Assembly (NCBI GenBank): GCA_002070215.1
Contig: MWCV01000004.1
Span: 19,407-83,406 of the forward strand
Direction: 5' to 3'
From: Chloroflexi bacterium ADurb.Bin180
GTDB lineage: Bacteria > Chloroflexota > Anaerolineae > UBA2200
DNA length: 64,000 nucleotides
Numbering within the stretch: the stretch's first letter is position 1; each line of letters opens with the position of its first letter. Position numbers and translations under genes: made by a program. A model generated the notes under the pieces. The model had not been told where the DNA came from. It worked only from the letters and a program-made list of their open reading frames with translations, and did no database searches. Below, in pieces: positions 52,778 through 62,869 of the stretch.

Positions 52778-53232
52778 AGAGAGCCTCCCTCGTGTTCTGG
52801 AGTCGATGGGCCGTGTGGGTCTGGCTGTCGGTGCGCATCGAGATAGCTCTGCAGAACGAGCGTCGCCGCCGCGGCATCGATCACGTCCCGGGCGTTTCGC
52901 CTGTTGCTCTCGCGCAGCAGCCGCTGCGCGTGCAGCGTGGAGAGCCTTTCGTCCCACTGGACTACCGCCACCGGGGCGAGCTTCGCTGTGAGCTGAGCTA
53001 CGTACTGGCTGACCCTCTGTGACTGCGGTCCGGCCGACCCATCGAGTGAGCGTGGGTCGCCGACGACCACCAGCCCGACCTTGTGTTTCTGCACCAGGTC
53101 GACTATGGCGTCCTGCTCGGCAGCCAGTCCGGCGCATTTCAATACGGTCAGTGGACTGGCCATCCATCCCATCACATCGGAGATAGCCACCCCGGTTCTC
53201 CTGTCGCCCACATCCAGGCCAAGGACGCGCAT
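52774..53232 (-). CDS. ruvX: Holliday-junction resolvase-like / pre-16S rRNA nuclease RuvX (YqgF)
   Basis: MRVLGLDVGDRRTGVAISD...VVVGDP...DERLST. Confidence 0.9.
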   Translation of the reverse strand: MRVLGLDVGDRRTGVAISDVMGWMASPLTVLKCAGLAAEQDAIVDLVQKHKVGLVVVGDPRSLDGSAGPQSQRVSQYVAQLTAKLAPVAVVQWDERLSTLHAQRLLRESNRRNARDVIDAAAATLVLQSYLDAHRQPDPHGPSTPEHEGGSL

Positions 53233-53234
53233 GG

Positions 53235-54761
53235 TTATCTGGCACTTACCAGGATACGAATGCGCCTGGACCACAGGGGCAATCGGCCGCCAGGGCTATT
53301 GACCAGCTTGATGCTGGGGGCGGTCCTGAGCTTGAGGTTCTGCGAGAGATACCCTTCAGCCGCGACTGTCGTCTTGCCAGCGATAGAGCGTGCTATTCGT
53401 TCCGGGTCGATAGCGGGAGCGATCAGGCCCCGCACTGTCATGCTATAGCTGGCCTGCTCACGAGTGGCAGAGACCAGCTCGGCAGGGCTGTAGCTGGCTG
53501 ATCCGCCTACCAGCTCATACCCTGGCTTGATGCGTTGGCGGAGCAGGCTCAGGAGCAGTTCATGTCCGTTGGCCGTGTCAACCGCCAGGCCGGTGACCTT
53601 GACGCGCATGGTCAGGCTGAGCTCGTCGGTCAGGTCGCCAACCTTGTGGTTGAACTGCTCGTCGAGCACGCTGATGTCCAGCGAGTCTGGCGCTACAAAG
53701 TCGGTTTGCGCCAGTCCGGCAGTAATGTCCCCGTATGCCTCCTGCTGCAATTGCTTCATCAGCTTGGCCCTAAGCGCTGCTACGTCATTGCCGTCGACGA
53801 CGCCCATGCGGCGCACTGAACCGCCAGTAGTGCGGGCATCGTTCAGCACGTCGACCTGCGCGGCGAGCTCGCCCTCCACGACATTGATGCTGAGAGGCGA
53901 CACGTTGCCCCTCGGCCCTGGCTCGGCGGCCAGAATGCCCACCCTGACTGTCGCATAGAGATCGCCAGGGAGCCAGGCATCGGCCACTGTAAAAAAGCGC
54001 ACGTTGTCGCCTGTGCTGGTGCGCATGGCAGTACCCCTGGTGATCGTCACGCCAACGGTAGTCTTGTTGGCAAAGACGACCATCCCTGTGGCGTGACTGT
54101 CTGGAACTTCGGTGCGGCCGGTGGTAGGCATGCTCGCCGCCCCGCCTTGTTCGACGCTGATGGTTCGAGCCGGTATCTGCCCTGTCTCATATCTGGTCTG
54201 CGATAGTCCCGCCACGGCTTCGATGTGCATTGCCGCCTCGACCGGCTCGCTCACTGGCGCGAGTTCTATGGTAGCACTGGGGATCATCAACAGCATTACC
54301 CCAAAGAGGATGCCCGCCAGGAAAAGCGCAGCGGCAATAGAAACTGCCACACGGCGCGAGGAACGGCCTGCCGGCGTTCCTCCGGGACGGGGCGGGGGAG
54401 AGCGCAGGATGCTGGGAAATGGGCGCGGGGGCAGTCCCTCGTGCCTGCGCCTTCTGCGATCAAGGTAACGCAGACTGCTCTGCCGGGCCTGGTCGACCGA
54501 GTGCACGACCAGCAAGCCTACCTCGCGGGCGAGCCCTCTGGTGTCGCGGTGCTCGATTACCAATGCTAGGCGCAATGACAGATTGTCGGACCAGCGCCGC
54601 AGCAGAGCCAGATTGACGCGATTGTCCTCCAGTGCCTCGGTGCCCCTGGGCACATAGAGGAGGACTTCGCTCGGAGTGTCTTCTCCCGGCTTGATGCACT
54701 GGGACAACAACTGATGGATGGTGGTGATCGTTTCGCTACCGTTAAGCTCGATGACTCTCAT
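53235..54761 (-). CDS. single-pass membrane protein of unknown function (cytoplasmic N-domain, basic Pro-rich linker, large extracytoplasmic domain)
   Basis: 508-aa ORF with TM VAVSIAAALFLAGILFGVMLLMIP. Tightly packed between alaS (13-nt gap) and ruvX (2-nt gap). No family could be assigned confidently. Confidence 0.5.
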   Translation of the reverse strand: MRVIELNGSETITTIHQLLSQCIKPGEDTPSEVLLYVPRGTEALEDNRVNLALLRRWSDNLSLRLALVIEHRDTRGLAREVGLLVVHSVDQARQSSLRYLDRRRRRHEGLPPRPFPSILRSPPPRPGGTPAGRSSRRVAVSIAAALFLAGILFGVMLLMIPSATIELAPVSEPVEAAMHIEAVAGLSQTRYETGQIPARTISVEQGGAASMPTTGRTEVPDSHATGMVVFANKTTVGVTITRGTAMRTSTGDNVRFFTVADAWLPGDLYATVRVGILAAEPGPRGNVSPLSINVVEGELAAQVDVLNDARTTGGSVRRMGVVDGNDVAALRAKLMKQLQQEAYGDITAGLAQTDFVAPDSLDISVLDEQFNHKVGDLTDELSLTMRVKVTGLAVDTANGHELLLSLLRQRIKPGYELVGGSASYSPAELVSATREQASYSMTVRGLIAPAIDPERIARSIAGKTTVAAEGYLSQNLKLRTAPSIKLVNSPGGRLPLWSRRIRILVSAR

Positions 54762-54774
54762 CTACAGGATGCCC

Positions 54775-57471
54775 CTAACCTTGACCCTGGCCCTGGTCGC
54801 CGCCAAGAAGTTCATGCGCACGTTGCCGGGCTAGAGCGACGGCAGATGACAGCCTGTCCGGATCGCCGCCACCAGCCTGCCCCATCTCCGGGCGTCCCCC
54901 GCCGCTGCCGCCAATTGAGCGGGCGACCTCACCAACAAGCTTGCCGGCATGCACGCCGCGCTTGACCAACCCTGCTGATGCGGCTGCGATCAAGGCGACT
55001 CGATCGGCAAAGACCGAGCCGAGCACAATCAACGACTCGGTAGGCGGCGCTCCAGCGGAGTGCTGAGCGAGCCCTTCTCGGATCAAGTCGACCAGTTCGC
55101 GCAGTCGGTCGGCGCTGTCTACCTGCACGGGTGCGCTCACTACACGGGTGTCTCCGATTGCGGCTGCAGACTGAATGAGTTCCCTGGCCTTCTCACGCAG
55201 AGTCTGGCTGCGCAGGGCAGTGATCTCTCTCTGCTGCGCCTTGAGCTGCTCGGTGAGGTCGGCTGCTTTCTGTAACAGGTCGGCTGGCCGAGCCTCGAGG
55301 GTATCGGCAACGCGCGAGATGAGCTCCAGTTGCTCATGGAAGAACGCCTCGGCGCCACGCCCGGTGATCGCCTCGATGCGACGCAATCCGGCGCCGACGC
55401 TGGACTCGCTCAGGATGTGAAACAATCCTATCTGACCGGTGCTGCGCAGATGGGTTCCGCCGCACAGCTCGCGGCTATATGCATCGCCCACAGTGATCAT
55501 CCGCACGGTGTCGCCGTACTTTTCGCCAAAGAGCGCGATTGCTCCTGCTGACCGGGCCTGGTCAAAGGAGGTGACAGCCGAAGCAACAGGCAGGTCGGCG
55601 CGAATGGCGGCGTTCACCTCGCGCTCGATCTGTCGCAGCTCGTCTGTCGTGACTGCCTGCAGATGAGTAAAGTCAAAGCGCAGCCGGTCCGGGGCGACCA
55701 ACGACCCGGCCTGCCGGGCATGATCGCCCAGTGTCTTTTGGAGGGCGTGGTGCAGCAGGTGAGTTGCTGTGTGATTGCGGGCCACGTCCAGACGGTTGTC
55801 CTCATCGACTCTAGCCTGGACGCGGTCGCCAACTCGCAAGATGCCCTGGCTGACCTGACCGATGTGCGCGGTGATCTCGGGCATCGGGTGGCGCGTGTCC
55901 TGAATGACGATGCGGCCGCGTGGACCGACGATCTCACCTTTGTCGCCAACCTGCCCTCCGCCCTCGCCGTAGAAAGGAGTGCGGTCAAGCACGACCTGCA
56001 CCTCTTGCCCCGGACCGACCTCGTCTTGAGGGGTGCCGTCACGGACCAGGGCTACGACGGTGGCTTCGGCGGTCAGGCTATCATAGCCAACGAAGGGTTC
56101 AGCGGCCAGATGCAGGCTCTGGTAGAGTTCTTGCTCCTGAGCGACACCAAAGCGCTGTGCTGACCGCGCTCGTTCTCGCTGCGCTTCCATGGCCTGATGG
56201 TAGCCAGCCTCGTCAATGGTGAGCTGGTGCTCCTTGGCCAGGTCACGGGTCAGGTCGAGTGGAAAGCCGTAGGTATCGTACAGACGAAAGGCCTTGTCTC
56301 CGGGAATCACGGTCTGGCCCGATTGCCTCAAAGACTCGACGATGCCATCTAGCAGGTTGAGGCCTACGTCGAGTGTCTGCAGGAAGCGCTCTTCTTCCTG
56401 CGTGGTGGCCTGGAGAATAAAGTCCCTGCGCGCTTGGAGCTCCTGGTAGTGGCTGCCCATCGTGTCGACCACTACCTTGATGGCTTCGGCCATAAAAGGC
56501 GTCCTGAATCCCAGCATACGCCCGTGGCGCGCTGCTCGGCGCAGGATCAAGCGCAACACATAGCTTCGCCCCTCATTGCCCGGGAGCATTCCGTCTGCCA
56601 CGAGGAAGGCGATGGCTCTGGCGTGGTCGGCGATCACTCGGTACGAAACCATGCCCTGGTCGCGTTGCTTGTCGGTGTGTCGAAGCAGCTCCTGGATTCG
56701 CTGGATGATCGGCCAGAACAGGTCGGTCTCATAGTTGCTGGGTTTCCCCTGAAGCACCGCGGTGATGCGCTCCATGCCCATGCCCGTGTCAATGCTGGGC
56801 CTGGGCAGCGGGCGGGTGACTCCATCGGCAGTCGTTTCGAACTGCATGAACACCAGGTTCCAGAGCTCCCACCAGCGTTCGCACTCGTTGGCGAGGTTGC
56901 AGTCCGAGCGATGGCAGGTACAGTGTTCGGGGCCCCGGTCGTAGTGGATCTCTGAGCAGGGGCCATTGGGCCCTGTGTCTCCCATCGACCAAAAGTTGTC
57001 CTTCTTGCCCAGTCTGGTGATCCGCGTGGCCGGTACTCCGGCAATCTCCTGCCAGAGCTGGAAAGCCTCATCATCGTCGAGGTAGACGGTGGGGTACAGG
57101 CGGTTCTTGTCCAGCCCGAGGACCTGGGTCAGGAACTCCCACGCAAAAGCAATCGCGTCGCGCTTGAAATAGTCCCCGAAGGAAAAGTTGCCCAGCATCT
57201 CAAAGAAGGTGTGATGGCGTGGCGAGGGGCCGACGTTCTCGAGATCGTTGTGCTTCCCGCTGACGCGCATACACTTCTGGGCCGTTGTGGCGCGGGTGTA
57301 AGGACGCTTCTCAGCACCGATGAACACATCCTTGAATTGAACCATCCCAGCATTGGCAAAGAGCAGGGTTGGGTCATTGGCCGGAATGAGCGAAGAACTG
57401 GGCACAACGGTATGCCCTTTGGAGCGGAAAAAAGCCAGGAACGATGAGCGAATCTCAGAACTGGATATCAT
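54775..57471 (-). CDS. alaS: alanine--tRNA ligase
   Basis: MISSSEIRSSFLAFFRSKGH..., FANAGM, HHTFFEMLGNFSFGDYFK and the editing-domain HTATHLLH. The ORF-track start at 57687 is an extension. Confidence 0.95.
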   Translation of the reverse strand: MISSSEIRSSFLAFFRSKGHTVVPSSSLIPANDPTLLFANAGMVQFKDVFIGAEKRPYTRATTAQKCMRVSGKHNDLENVGPSPRHHTFFEMLGNFSFGDYFKRDAIAFAWEFLTQVLGLDKNRLYPTVYLDDDEAFQLWQEIAGVPATRITRLGKKDNFWSMGDTGPNGPCSEIHYDRGPEHCTCHRSDCNLANECERWWELWNLVFMQFETTADGVTRPLPRPSIDTGMGMERITAVLQGKPSNYETDLFWPIIQRIQELLRHTDKQRDQGMVSYRVIADHARAIAFLVADGMLPGNEGRSYVLRLILRRAARHGRMLGFRTPFMAEAIKVVVDTMGSHYQELQARRDFILQATTQEEERFLQTLDVGLNLLDGIVESLRQSGQTVIPGDKAFRLYDTYGFPLDLTRDLAKEHQLTIDEAGYHQAMEAQRERARSAQRFGVAQEQELYQSLHLAAEPFVGYDSLTAEATVVALVRDGTPQDEVGPGQEVQVVLDRTPFYGEGGGQVGDKGEIVGPRGRIVIQDTRHPMPEITAHIGQVSQGILRVGDRVQARVDEDNRLDVARNHTATHLLHHALQKTLGDHARQAGSLVAPDRLRFDFTHLQAVTTDELRQIEREVNAAIRADLPVASAVTSFDQARSAGAIALFGEKYGDTVRMITVGDAYSRELCGGTHLRSTGQIGLFHILSESSVGAGLRRIEAITGRGAEAFFHEQLELISRVADTLEARPADLLQKAADLTEQLKAQQREITALRSQTLREKARELIQSAAAIGDTRVVSAPVQVDSADRLRELVDLIREGLAQHSAGAPPTESLIVLGSVFADRVALIAAASAGLVKRGVHAGKLVGEVARSIGGSGGGRPEMGQAGGGDPDRLSSAVALARQRAHELLGGDQGQGQG

Positions 57472-57536
57472 CGTAGACTCCCCAGGAACCGCGATGGCTG
57501 ACCTGCCTCGGTGCGAGGTGGCTGGCTCAGCCAGAA

Positions 57537-58769
57537 TCAAGCTGCCTGTACAGAGCGCTTGCGGTTGCGAACCGCCTCTGAATCGATATGGACTTTGCCT
57601 TGACGTTGACCGGTCGGTAACTCGTACATGATATCGAGCAGCGTCTCCTCCAGGATGGACCGCAGACCACGAGCGCCCATGCGGCACTGAAATGCCTCCT
57701 GAGCCGTCGCTCGCAGCGCGTCCTGGCCAAACTCGAGCTCAACGCCATCGAGGGCAAACAGCTTGCAGAACTGTCTGGTGAGGGCGTTCTTTGGCCGGGT
57801 CAATATGTCATACAGCATCTGTTCGTCGAGCGGGTCGACGCTGACCACAACCGGCAGCCGGCCGACCAGCTCGGGAATCAAGCCAAATTCGAGCAAGTCG
57901 TCAGCGCTGACACGCTGCAGCAGCTCGCTTGGGGTCAGAGGCTCGCGACGCACAGAGCCGCCGGTGAAACCCATGGTGCGGTTGGCCCCCAGGCGAGCTT
58001 CAATGATTTGCTCCAGGCCTTCGAATGAGCCGCCACAGATGAACAGGATGTCCGTTGTATCGAGCTGGATCAACTCCTGGTAGGGGTGCTTGCGCCCGCC
58101 CTGCGGCGGCACATGGGCGATGGTGCCCTCGAGAATCTTGAGCAGACCTTGCTGCACGCCCTCTCCCGACACGTCCCTGGTGACCGAAGGATTGTCGCCG
58201 CTCTTGCGGGCGATCTTGTCGATCTCATCCAGGTACACGATACCATACCGGGCGCGCTCGACGTTGTTGTCGGCCGCGTGAATCAGTCGAAGCAGGATAC
58301 TCTCAACGTCCTCGCCGACGTAACCTGCCTCGGTGAGCGTCGTGGCATCGGCCATAGCAAAGGGGGCGGAGAGAATCCGGGCCAGCGTCTGGGCCAGGAG
58401 CGTCTTTCCGCACCCGGTTGGCCCAACCAGCAGGATGTTGCTCTTGTGCAGTTCGACTTCGTTGTCGCCCTGGCGCCGGGCCCTGGTGCGCTTGAAGTGA
58501 TTGTACACTGCCACGGCCAGGACTTTTTTGGCCCGGTCCTGACCGACGACATAGTCATTCAGGCGCTGGTAGATCTCCGCAGGAGGTGGGAGCCGTTTCG
58601 TCTCGCCCTGCGTTCCCTGCGCTGGAGCCTGCTGCTCGAGGATCTCCTGGCAGATCTGCACACACTCGTCGCAGATGTAGACGTTGTCCGGTCCAGCGAT
58701 GAGGTGGCGTACCTCATACTGCGGTCGGTGGCAGAATGAGCATTGCTGAAAGGTGGGTTCCCTGCGCAT
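57537..58769 (-). CDS. clpX: ATP-dependent Clp protease ATP-binding subunit ClpX
   Basis: Zinc-binding CSFCHRPQ...CDEC, Walker A GPTGCGKT, and IVYLDEIDK. Confidence 0.95.
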   Translation of the reverse strand: MRREPTFQQCSFCHRPQYEVRHLIAGPDNVYICDECVQICQEILEQQAPAQGTQGETKRLPPPAEIYQRLNDYVVGQDRAKKVLAVAVYNHFKRTRARRQGDNEVELHKSNILLVGPTGCGKTLLAQTLARILSAPFAMADATTLTEAGYVGEDVESILLRLIHAADNNVERARYGIVYLDEIDKIARKSGDNPSVTRDVSGEGVQQGLLKILEGTIAHVPPQGGRKHPYQELIQLDTTDILFICGGSFEGLEQIIEARLGANRTMGFTGGSVRREPLTPSELLQRVSADDLLEFGLIPELVGRLPVVVSVDPLDEQMLYDILTRPKNALTRQFCKLFALDGVELEFGQDALRATAQEAFQCRMGARGLRSILEETLLDIMYELPTGQRQGKVHIDSEAVRNRKRSVQAA

Positions 58770-58795
58770 GGCCTCAAATGCCTTGTCCTGACGGG

Positions 58796-59455
58796 CTATT
58801 TGCCGGCCGAGCCCTCCGGCGCGGGGCCCGAACTGGTCTTGTCCTGGCTCTTGGCGGCCTTGCTGAGCACCTGGTCAACGATGCCGTACTTGACGGCTTC
58901 CTCGGCGTTCATCCAGTAGTTGCGGTCCGTGTCGACCACGATGCGCTCGAGAGGCTGGCCGGTGTGATGAGCGAGGATCTGGTTCAGGCGCTCTCGTTCG
59001 CGCAGAATCCGTCGTGCCTCGATCTCGATGTCGACGGCCTGACCCTGCACTCCGCCCCAGGGCTGGTGGATGTGTACGGTAGAGTTGGGCAGGGCATAGC
59101 GCCTGCCGCGCGTTCCGCAGCACAGCAGGATGGTGCCCATGCTCGCCGTCATTCCCACCGCGATGGTGGACACTGGCGCGCTTACGAGCTGGATGGTGTC
59201 GTAGATCGCCAGGCCGGCACTGATCGAACCGCCCGGCGAGTTGATGTACATCGATATTTCCTTGTCCGGATCTTCGCGCTGCAGGAAGAGCAGTTGGGCG
59301 ACGATCACATTCGCCACCGCATCGTCAATCGGGGTCCCCAGGAAGACGATGCGCTCTTTCAGCAGCAGCGAGTAGATGTCATAGCCGCGCTCGCCGCGCC
59401 CGGTGGTTTCGACGACCATCGGAACAAGAGTAGCCAAACTGGGCTGGTTGCTCAT
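58796..59455 (-). CDS. clpP: ATP-dependent Clp protease proteolytic subunit ClpP
   Basis: [23 protein letters not shown] (catalytic Ser), and HQP. About 25 aa Ser/Lys-rich C-terminal extension. Confidence 0.95.
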   Translation of the reverse strand: MSNQPSLATLVPMVVETTGRGERGYDIYSLLLKERIVFLGTPIDDAVANVIVAQLLFLQREDPDKEISMYINSPGGSISAGLAIYDTIQLVSAPVSTIAVGMTASMGTILLCCGTRGRRYALPNSTVHIHQPWGGVQGQAVDIEIEARRILRERERLNQILAHHTGQPLERIVVDTDRNYWMNAEEAVKYGIVDQVLSKAAKSQDKTSSGPAPEGSAGK

Positions 59456-59469
59456 TCTCGCCTCTTTCT

Positions 59470-60789
59470 CTACGCCTTGGCGGCGCCGGGGGTCTCCTCA
59501 ATCTGCGTTTCTGGCTTTTTGGAGGTTCCGCCTGCCAGTTCTAGCAGACGATCGAGGGCCTTGCGTCGGAACAGGTCGCTGGCGACACCGCGCAGCGAGC
59601 CGTCGGTGGTGAGCGCCTGGCGAACCGACTCGGCGTTCTCGCCAAAGCTCTCGGCAACCCGAGTGATCTCCTGCTCCGTCTCTTCCTTGCTGACCTGAAT
59701 GCCTTCGGCTTTGGCGAACTCGACGAGCACCAGGCCGCGCTTGAGACGCTCTTCGGCCGGGCCCCGTCTTTCCTCGCGGAGCTGTGCCGGGGTCTTTTTG
59801 GTGAGCTGCAGGTAACCCTCCATGGTGAACCCCTGCGAGGCCAGGCGCTCGGCAAAACTGCGCAGCAGGTCATCTACTTCCTGCTCGACAGCTACGGCTG
59901 GATACTCCAGCGTCGCGCCGGTCACGAGGGCGTCCAGCGCCTGATCGAGGGCCTGGTCGTGGCTCTCCTGCTCGCGCTGCTTCTGGAGTTGCTCCCGTAC
60001 CTTGGCCTTGTAATCGGCCAGATCCTCGGCTCCGGCACCCTTGGCCAGCTCGTCGCTCAGTTGAGGCAGTTCCTTTTCCTTCACTGCCTTGACCGTGACG
60101 GCAAAATGGACGTGTTTGCCGGCAAGGCTCTGGTCGCGGAAATCGGCCGGGTAGTCCACGTCGAACTCTTTGGTCTCACCGGGCTTGATGCCGGTCAGGT
60201 TCTGTGCAAAGCCGTCCGGCGTCAATTGCTCGGTGACCTCGAGCGTTACGTCCCTCTGCTCTACGGGTTTGCCGTCGTCAGACGTGCCAGTGGCGTCAAT
60301 CACCACTTGATTGCCCAGCATCACCTCGTGCTCCACCGGCTGCCAGAGCGCATTGGCTTCTTGCAGACGGGTGAGGCTCTCGTCAATATCAGCCTGCGTC
60401 ACCTCGACCGTCTTTGGTGTGACCTTGATGCTCTTGTAATCACCCAGGGTCACAATCGGCTCTGTGGGCACAACCACCTTGAGCGTCAGAGGCTCGAGTT
60501 GCACAATGTCCAGTTCGCCTTGAGCATAGGGTTCCAGCTTGTTGTGCTCGAGAGCCTCCTTGTACCAGTCGTTGCCGACCTTGTCGAGCATCTCACGGTA
60601 GAGTATGTCCTTGCCGACCTGTCGCTCGATCATGGCAAAGGGAGCTTTGCCTGGCCGAAAGCCGGGGAGAGGACGATAGCGGTTGATGCGCTCTGCTGCC
60701 TGGCGGAGAGGAGTCTCAACTCGTTCCTGCTCCACCTCGATGGTCAGCGTGTACTGGCATGGTCCGGTTTTCTCACTAGTGATGTTCAA
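59470..60789 (-). CDS. tig: trigger factor
   Basis: ...[16 protein letters not shown]... ribosome-binding signature, FKBP-like middle domain, and tig-clpP-clpX gene order. TTG start follows AAGGAG. Confidence 0.9.
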   Translation of the reverse strand: MNITSEKTGPCQYTLTIEVEQERVETPLRQAAERINRYRPLPGFRPGKAPFAMIERQVGKDILYREMLDKVGNDWYKEALEHNKLEPYAQGELDIVQLEPLTLKVVVPTEPIVTLGDYKSIKVTPKTVEVTQADIDESLTRLQEANALWQPVEHEVMLGNQVVIDATGTSDDGKPVEQRDVTLEVTEQLTPDGFAQNLTGIKPGETKEFDVDYPADFRDQSLAGKHVHFAVTVKAVKEKELPQLSDELAKGAGAEDLADYKAKVREQLQKQREQESHDQALDQALDALVTGATLEYPAVAVEQEVDDLLRSFAERLASQGFTMEGYLQLTKKTPAQLREERRGPAEERLKRGLVLVEFAKAEGIQVSKEETEQEITRVAESFGENAESVRQALTTDGSLRGVASDLFRRKALDRLLELAGGTSKKPETQIEETPGAAKA

Positions 60790-60854
60790 CGAATTCTCCT
60801 TGCTACCACGACGATTTCCTGCTCGGCCGCAATTCGGTCGGGCGCTTACACAGA

Positions 60855-60882
60855 GAATGCTGGTTCACGTGAACCAGCATTC
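60855..60882. repeat. 28-nt perfect palindrome (GAATGCTGGTTCAC|GTGAACCAGCATTC)
   Basis: Read directly from the sequence. It lies 10 nt downstream of the tRNA-Gly 3' end and 66 nt upstream of the tig start codon. No U-tract follows. Confidence 0.8.
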
Positions 60883-60892
60883 GGGGATTCAG

Positions 60893-60964
60893 AGCGGAAG
60901 ACGGGATTCGAACCCGCGACCCTCTCCTTGGCAAGGAGATGCTCTACCGCTGAGCCACTTCCGC
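60893..60964 (-). tRNA. tRNA-Gly (anticodon GCC), CCA not encoded
   Basis: Hand-folded: acceptor GCGGAAG/CTTCCGC, D arm GCTC-AGCGGTA-GAGC, anticodon arm TCTCC-TTGCCAA-GGAGA, and T arm GCGGG-TTCGAAT-CCCGT. Confidence 0.9.
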
Positions 60965-61072
60965 TTGCACCGTCACCGCTTTGGCGGGGAAAGCACTGTC
61001 CCGCCCCGGCGGAGCGACCTCCCACGCCGGCGCCCGTGCCAGTCGCGCCCTGCGGGGCATTGCCAGAGGCCA

Positions 61073-61153
61073 TGGGGAAGGAGAGACTCGAACTCTCACG
61101 GATTTCTCCACATGATCCTAAATCATGCTCGTCTACCATTCCGACACTTCCCC
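61073..61153 (-). tRNA. tRNA-Leu (anticodon TAG) with long variable arm, CCA not encoded
   Basis: Hand-folded: acceptor GGGGAAG/CTTCCCC, anticodon arm CATGA-TTTAGGA-TCATG, variable arm GGA-GAAA-TCC, and T arm GAGAG-TTCGAGT-CTCTC. Confidence 0.9.
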
Positions 61154-61170
61154 GTGCCGGTAGATTCTCA

Positions 61171-61198
61171 ATTCTAGATGATTCCGGGCAAAAGTCAA
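61171..61198 (-). promoter_or_regulatory. sigma70-type promoter of the tRNA-Leu/tRNA-Gly unit
   Basis: Minus strand: TTGACT (61198-61193), 16 nt spacer, TAGAAT (61176-61171), about 18 nt upstream of the tRNA-Leu 5' end. Confidence 0.55.
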
Positions 61199-61327
61199 GT
61201 ATATCGGACCTTTGACGGCAGCCGGGACCTCCTGTAAGCTATCGCGGCAAGGTTGCGCTTCTGGCCTGGCCACTGGCACAACCTTCAGCGGGGATTTGCG
61301 TACTATACGTGAAGGAGGATAGAAACC

Positions 61328-62023
61328 ATGCGCATTGAAACAAAGTACGGTCCTGCCTACACGCTGGCCACAGCCACGCTTGATCCGAATGAAGAGATTC
61401 GGGTTGAGGCCGGCTCGATGGTGGCCATGTCCGCCGGTGTGACCCTGGAAACCAAAGCGGCCGGCGGGCTGTTGGCGTCGCTGAAGCGAGCTGTTCTGGG
61501 GGGCGAGAGCTTTTTCATGAACACCTACCATGCTCCTGCCGGCGGCGGGGAGCTCCTGCTCGCTCCGCCATTGCCCGGCGACCTGAAGGCACTGGAGCTC
61601 GCCGACGAGACGCTCCTGGTGCAGTCGGGCAGTTATGTGGCCTCATCCGGGACCATCGCCGTGGACACCAAGTTCGGCGGAGCCAAGACCTTTTTCGCCA
61701 GCGAAGGGCTCTTTCTGCTCAAGTGCACCGGCCGGGGCAGCCTGCTGCTCTCCAGCTATGGTGCAATCCATGAGCGGGTGTTGGCGGCCGGCGAAAAGTT
61801 CACCGTCGACACGGGCCACCTGGTGGCCTTTCCGGAGAACATCGGCTTTGTCGTTCGCGCCGTCGGAGGCATCAAATCCACCCTGTTCAGCGGCGAAGGG
61901 TTGGTGGTGGACCTCACCGGTCCGGGACGCATCCTGATGCAGACCCGCAGCACCGACGCCTTCCTGAGCTGGCTGGTGCCTCAAGTGCAGCGGAGAATGC
62001 CCCAGCAGCAGTCGTCCCATTAG
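61328..62023 (+). CDS. AIM24/TIGR00266 (DUF124) family protein
   Basis: ...EEIRVEAGSMVAMS...LGGESFFMNTY...LLVQSGSYVASS...GEGLFLLKCTGRGSLLLSSYGAI...VDTGHLVAF. Confidence 0.75.
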   Translation: MRIETKYGPAYTLATATLDPNEEIRVEAGSMVAMSAGVTLETKAAGGLLASLKRAVLGGESFFMNTYHAPAGGGELLLAPPLPGDLKALELADETLLVQSGSYVASSGTIAVDTKFGGAKTFFASEGLFLLKCTGRGSLLLSSYGAIHERVLAAGEKFTVDTGHLVAFPENIGFVVRAVGGIKSTLFSGEGLVVDLTGPGRILMQTRSTDAFLSWLVPQVQRRMPQQQSSH

Positions 62024-62036
62024 TCAGGGCCGACTG

Positions 62037-62069
62037 ACGTGGCAGTCAGGCCAAGCCTGATTGCCACGT
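62037..62069 (+). terminator. terminator-like hairpin after the AIM24-family gene
   Basis: ACGTGGCA-G-TCAGGC / GCCTGA-T-TGCCACGT with loop CAA, followed by TCTCTCCC (weak U-tract). Confidence 0.45.
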
Positions 62070-62098
62070 TCTCTCCCGTGTGGCAACGACTGGTCGTA

Positions 62099-62845
62099 CT
62101 AGGTGGAGGAGGCCGGCGGGGGTAGCGAAGGGCGCCCAGGCCTGCCCTTGATTTCGGCGAAACGATAGCCGACGCCACGCTCGTTAAAGATGTAGCGCGG
62201 GTTGCTTGGATCGGGCTCGATCTTTTGACGCAGGTAGGTCACATAGAGCCGCAGGAGCTGGGTGTCGTCCCGGTATTCATAGCCCCACACCTTGGACAAG
62301 AGCGTCTCGTGGGTCATTACCCAGCCGGCGTTGTTCACCAGATGGTAGAGCAGCCGATACTCGGTGGGCCGGAGCTTGACTCGATTCCCGGCGACCAGAA
62401 CCTCGCGCCGCTGAAAGTCGACGGTCAGGCGATCGTCGATCACCAGGGTCGATTTCTGCCCCGGGCTGGGCATTTCGGCGCGCCGCAGCGCGGCCTTCAC
62501 GCGGCTGGCGAGCTCCCGCGGGGAGAATGGCTTGGTTACATAATCGTCGGCACCCAGCTCGAGCCCGCGGACCTTGTCGGCCTCCTCGGCTTTGACGGTC
62601 AGCATGATCACCGGCACGCTCGAGACCTGCCGAATTCGCTCTAGCACTTCGTAGCCGTCCATTTCTGGCATCATGACGTCCAGCAGTACCAGGTCAGGAA
62701 GTTCATCGCGGACCTTGGCCAAGGCTTCGGTGCCGTTGGCGGCCGTGCTGATGACGTAGCCTTCGAGCTCTAGATTCATGCGCACAAAACGGACCATGCG
62801 CGGCTCGTCATCGACGACCAGAATGTGTTTTCGCTCTTCCGTCAC
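62099..62845 (-). CDS. OmpR/PhoB-family response regulator
   Basis: [13 protein letters not shown]...[13 protein letters not shown] receiver, and winged helix ...[12 protein letters not shown]...VGYRF. Pro-rich C-terminal tail. Confidence 0.9.
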   Translation of the reverse strand: MTEERKHILVVDDEPRMVRFVRMNLELEGYVISTAANGTEALAKVRDELPDLVLLDVMMPEMDGYEVLERIRQVSSVPVIMLTVKAEEADKVRGLELGADDYVTKPFSPRELASRVKAALRRAEMPSPGQKSTLVIDDRLTVDFQRREVLVAGNRVKLRPTEYRLLYHLVNNAGWVMTHETLLSKVWGYEYRDDTQLLRLYVTYLRQKIEPDPSNPRYIFNERGVGYRFAEIKGRPGRPSLPPPASST

Positions 62846-62869
62846 GGCAGTGCTCCTTCGTCGTTGAGC

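Noticed and set aside
57472-57536. Possible T-box or other leader upstream of alaS.
   Set aside because: Only 65 nt are available between the clpX stop and the alaS start. They hold two small hairpins and no specifier or T-box sequence.
60965-61072. Whether the spacer between the two tRNAs is tRNA-Sec (selC), given the putative selenoprotein in the window.
   Set aside because: There is no T-arm consensus, no UCA anticodon loop in a plausible arm, and no acceptor-stem pairing of the ends.
59959-61215. Very long antisense 'shadow' ORFs: 59959..61215 (+), 58736..59698 (+), 45399..46562 (+), 29799..30749 (+), 19186..19971 (-), 393..953 (-), 17599..18405 (-).
   Set aside because: They lie opposite clearly identified genes (tig, clpP, GT39, EcfT, gyrA and others) or run across the tRNAs. 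They have Arg/Gly/Pro-rich, low-complexity composition and no recognisable motifs, so they are the usual artefact of high GC content.
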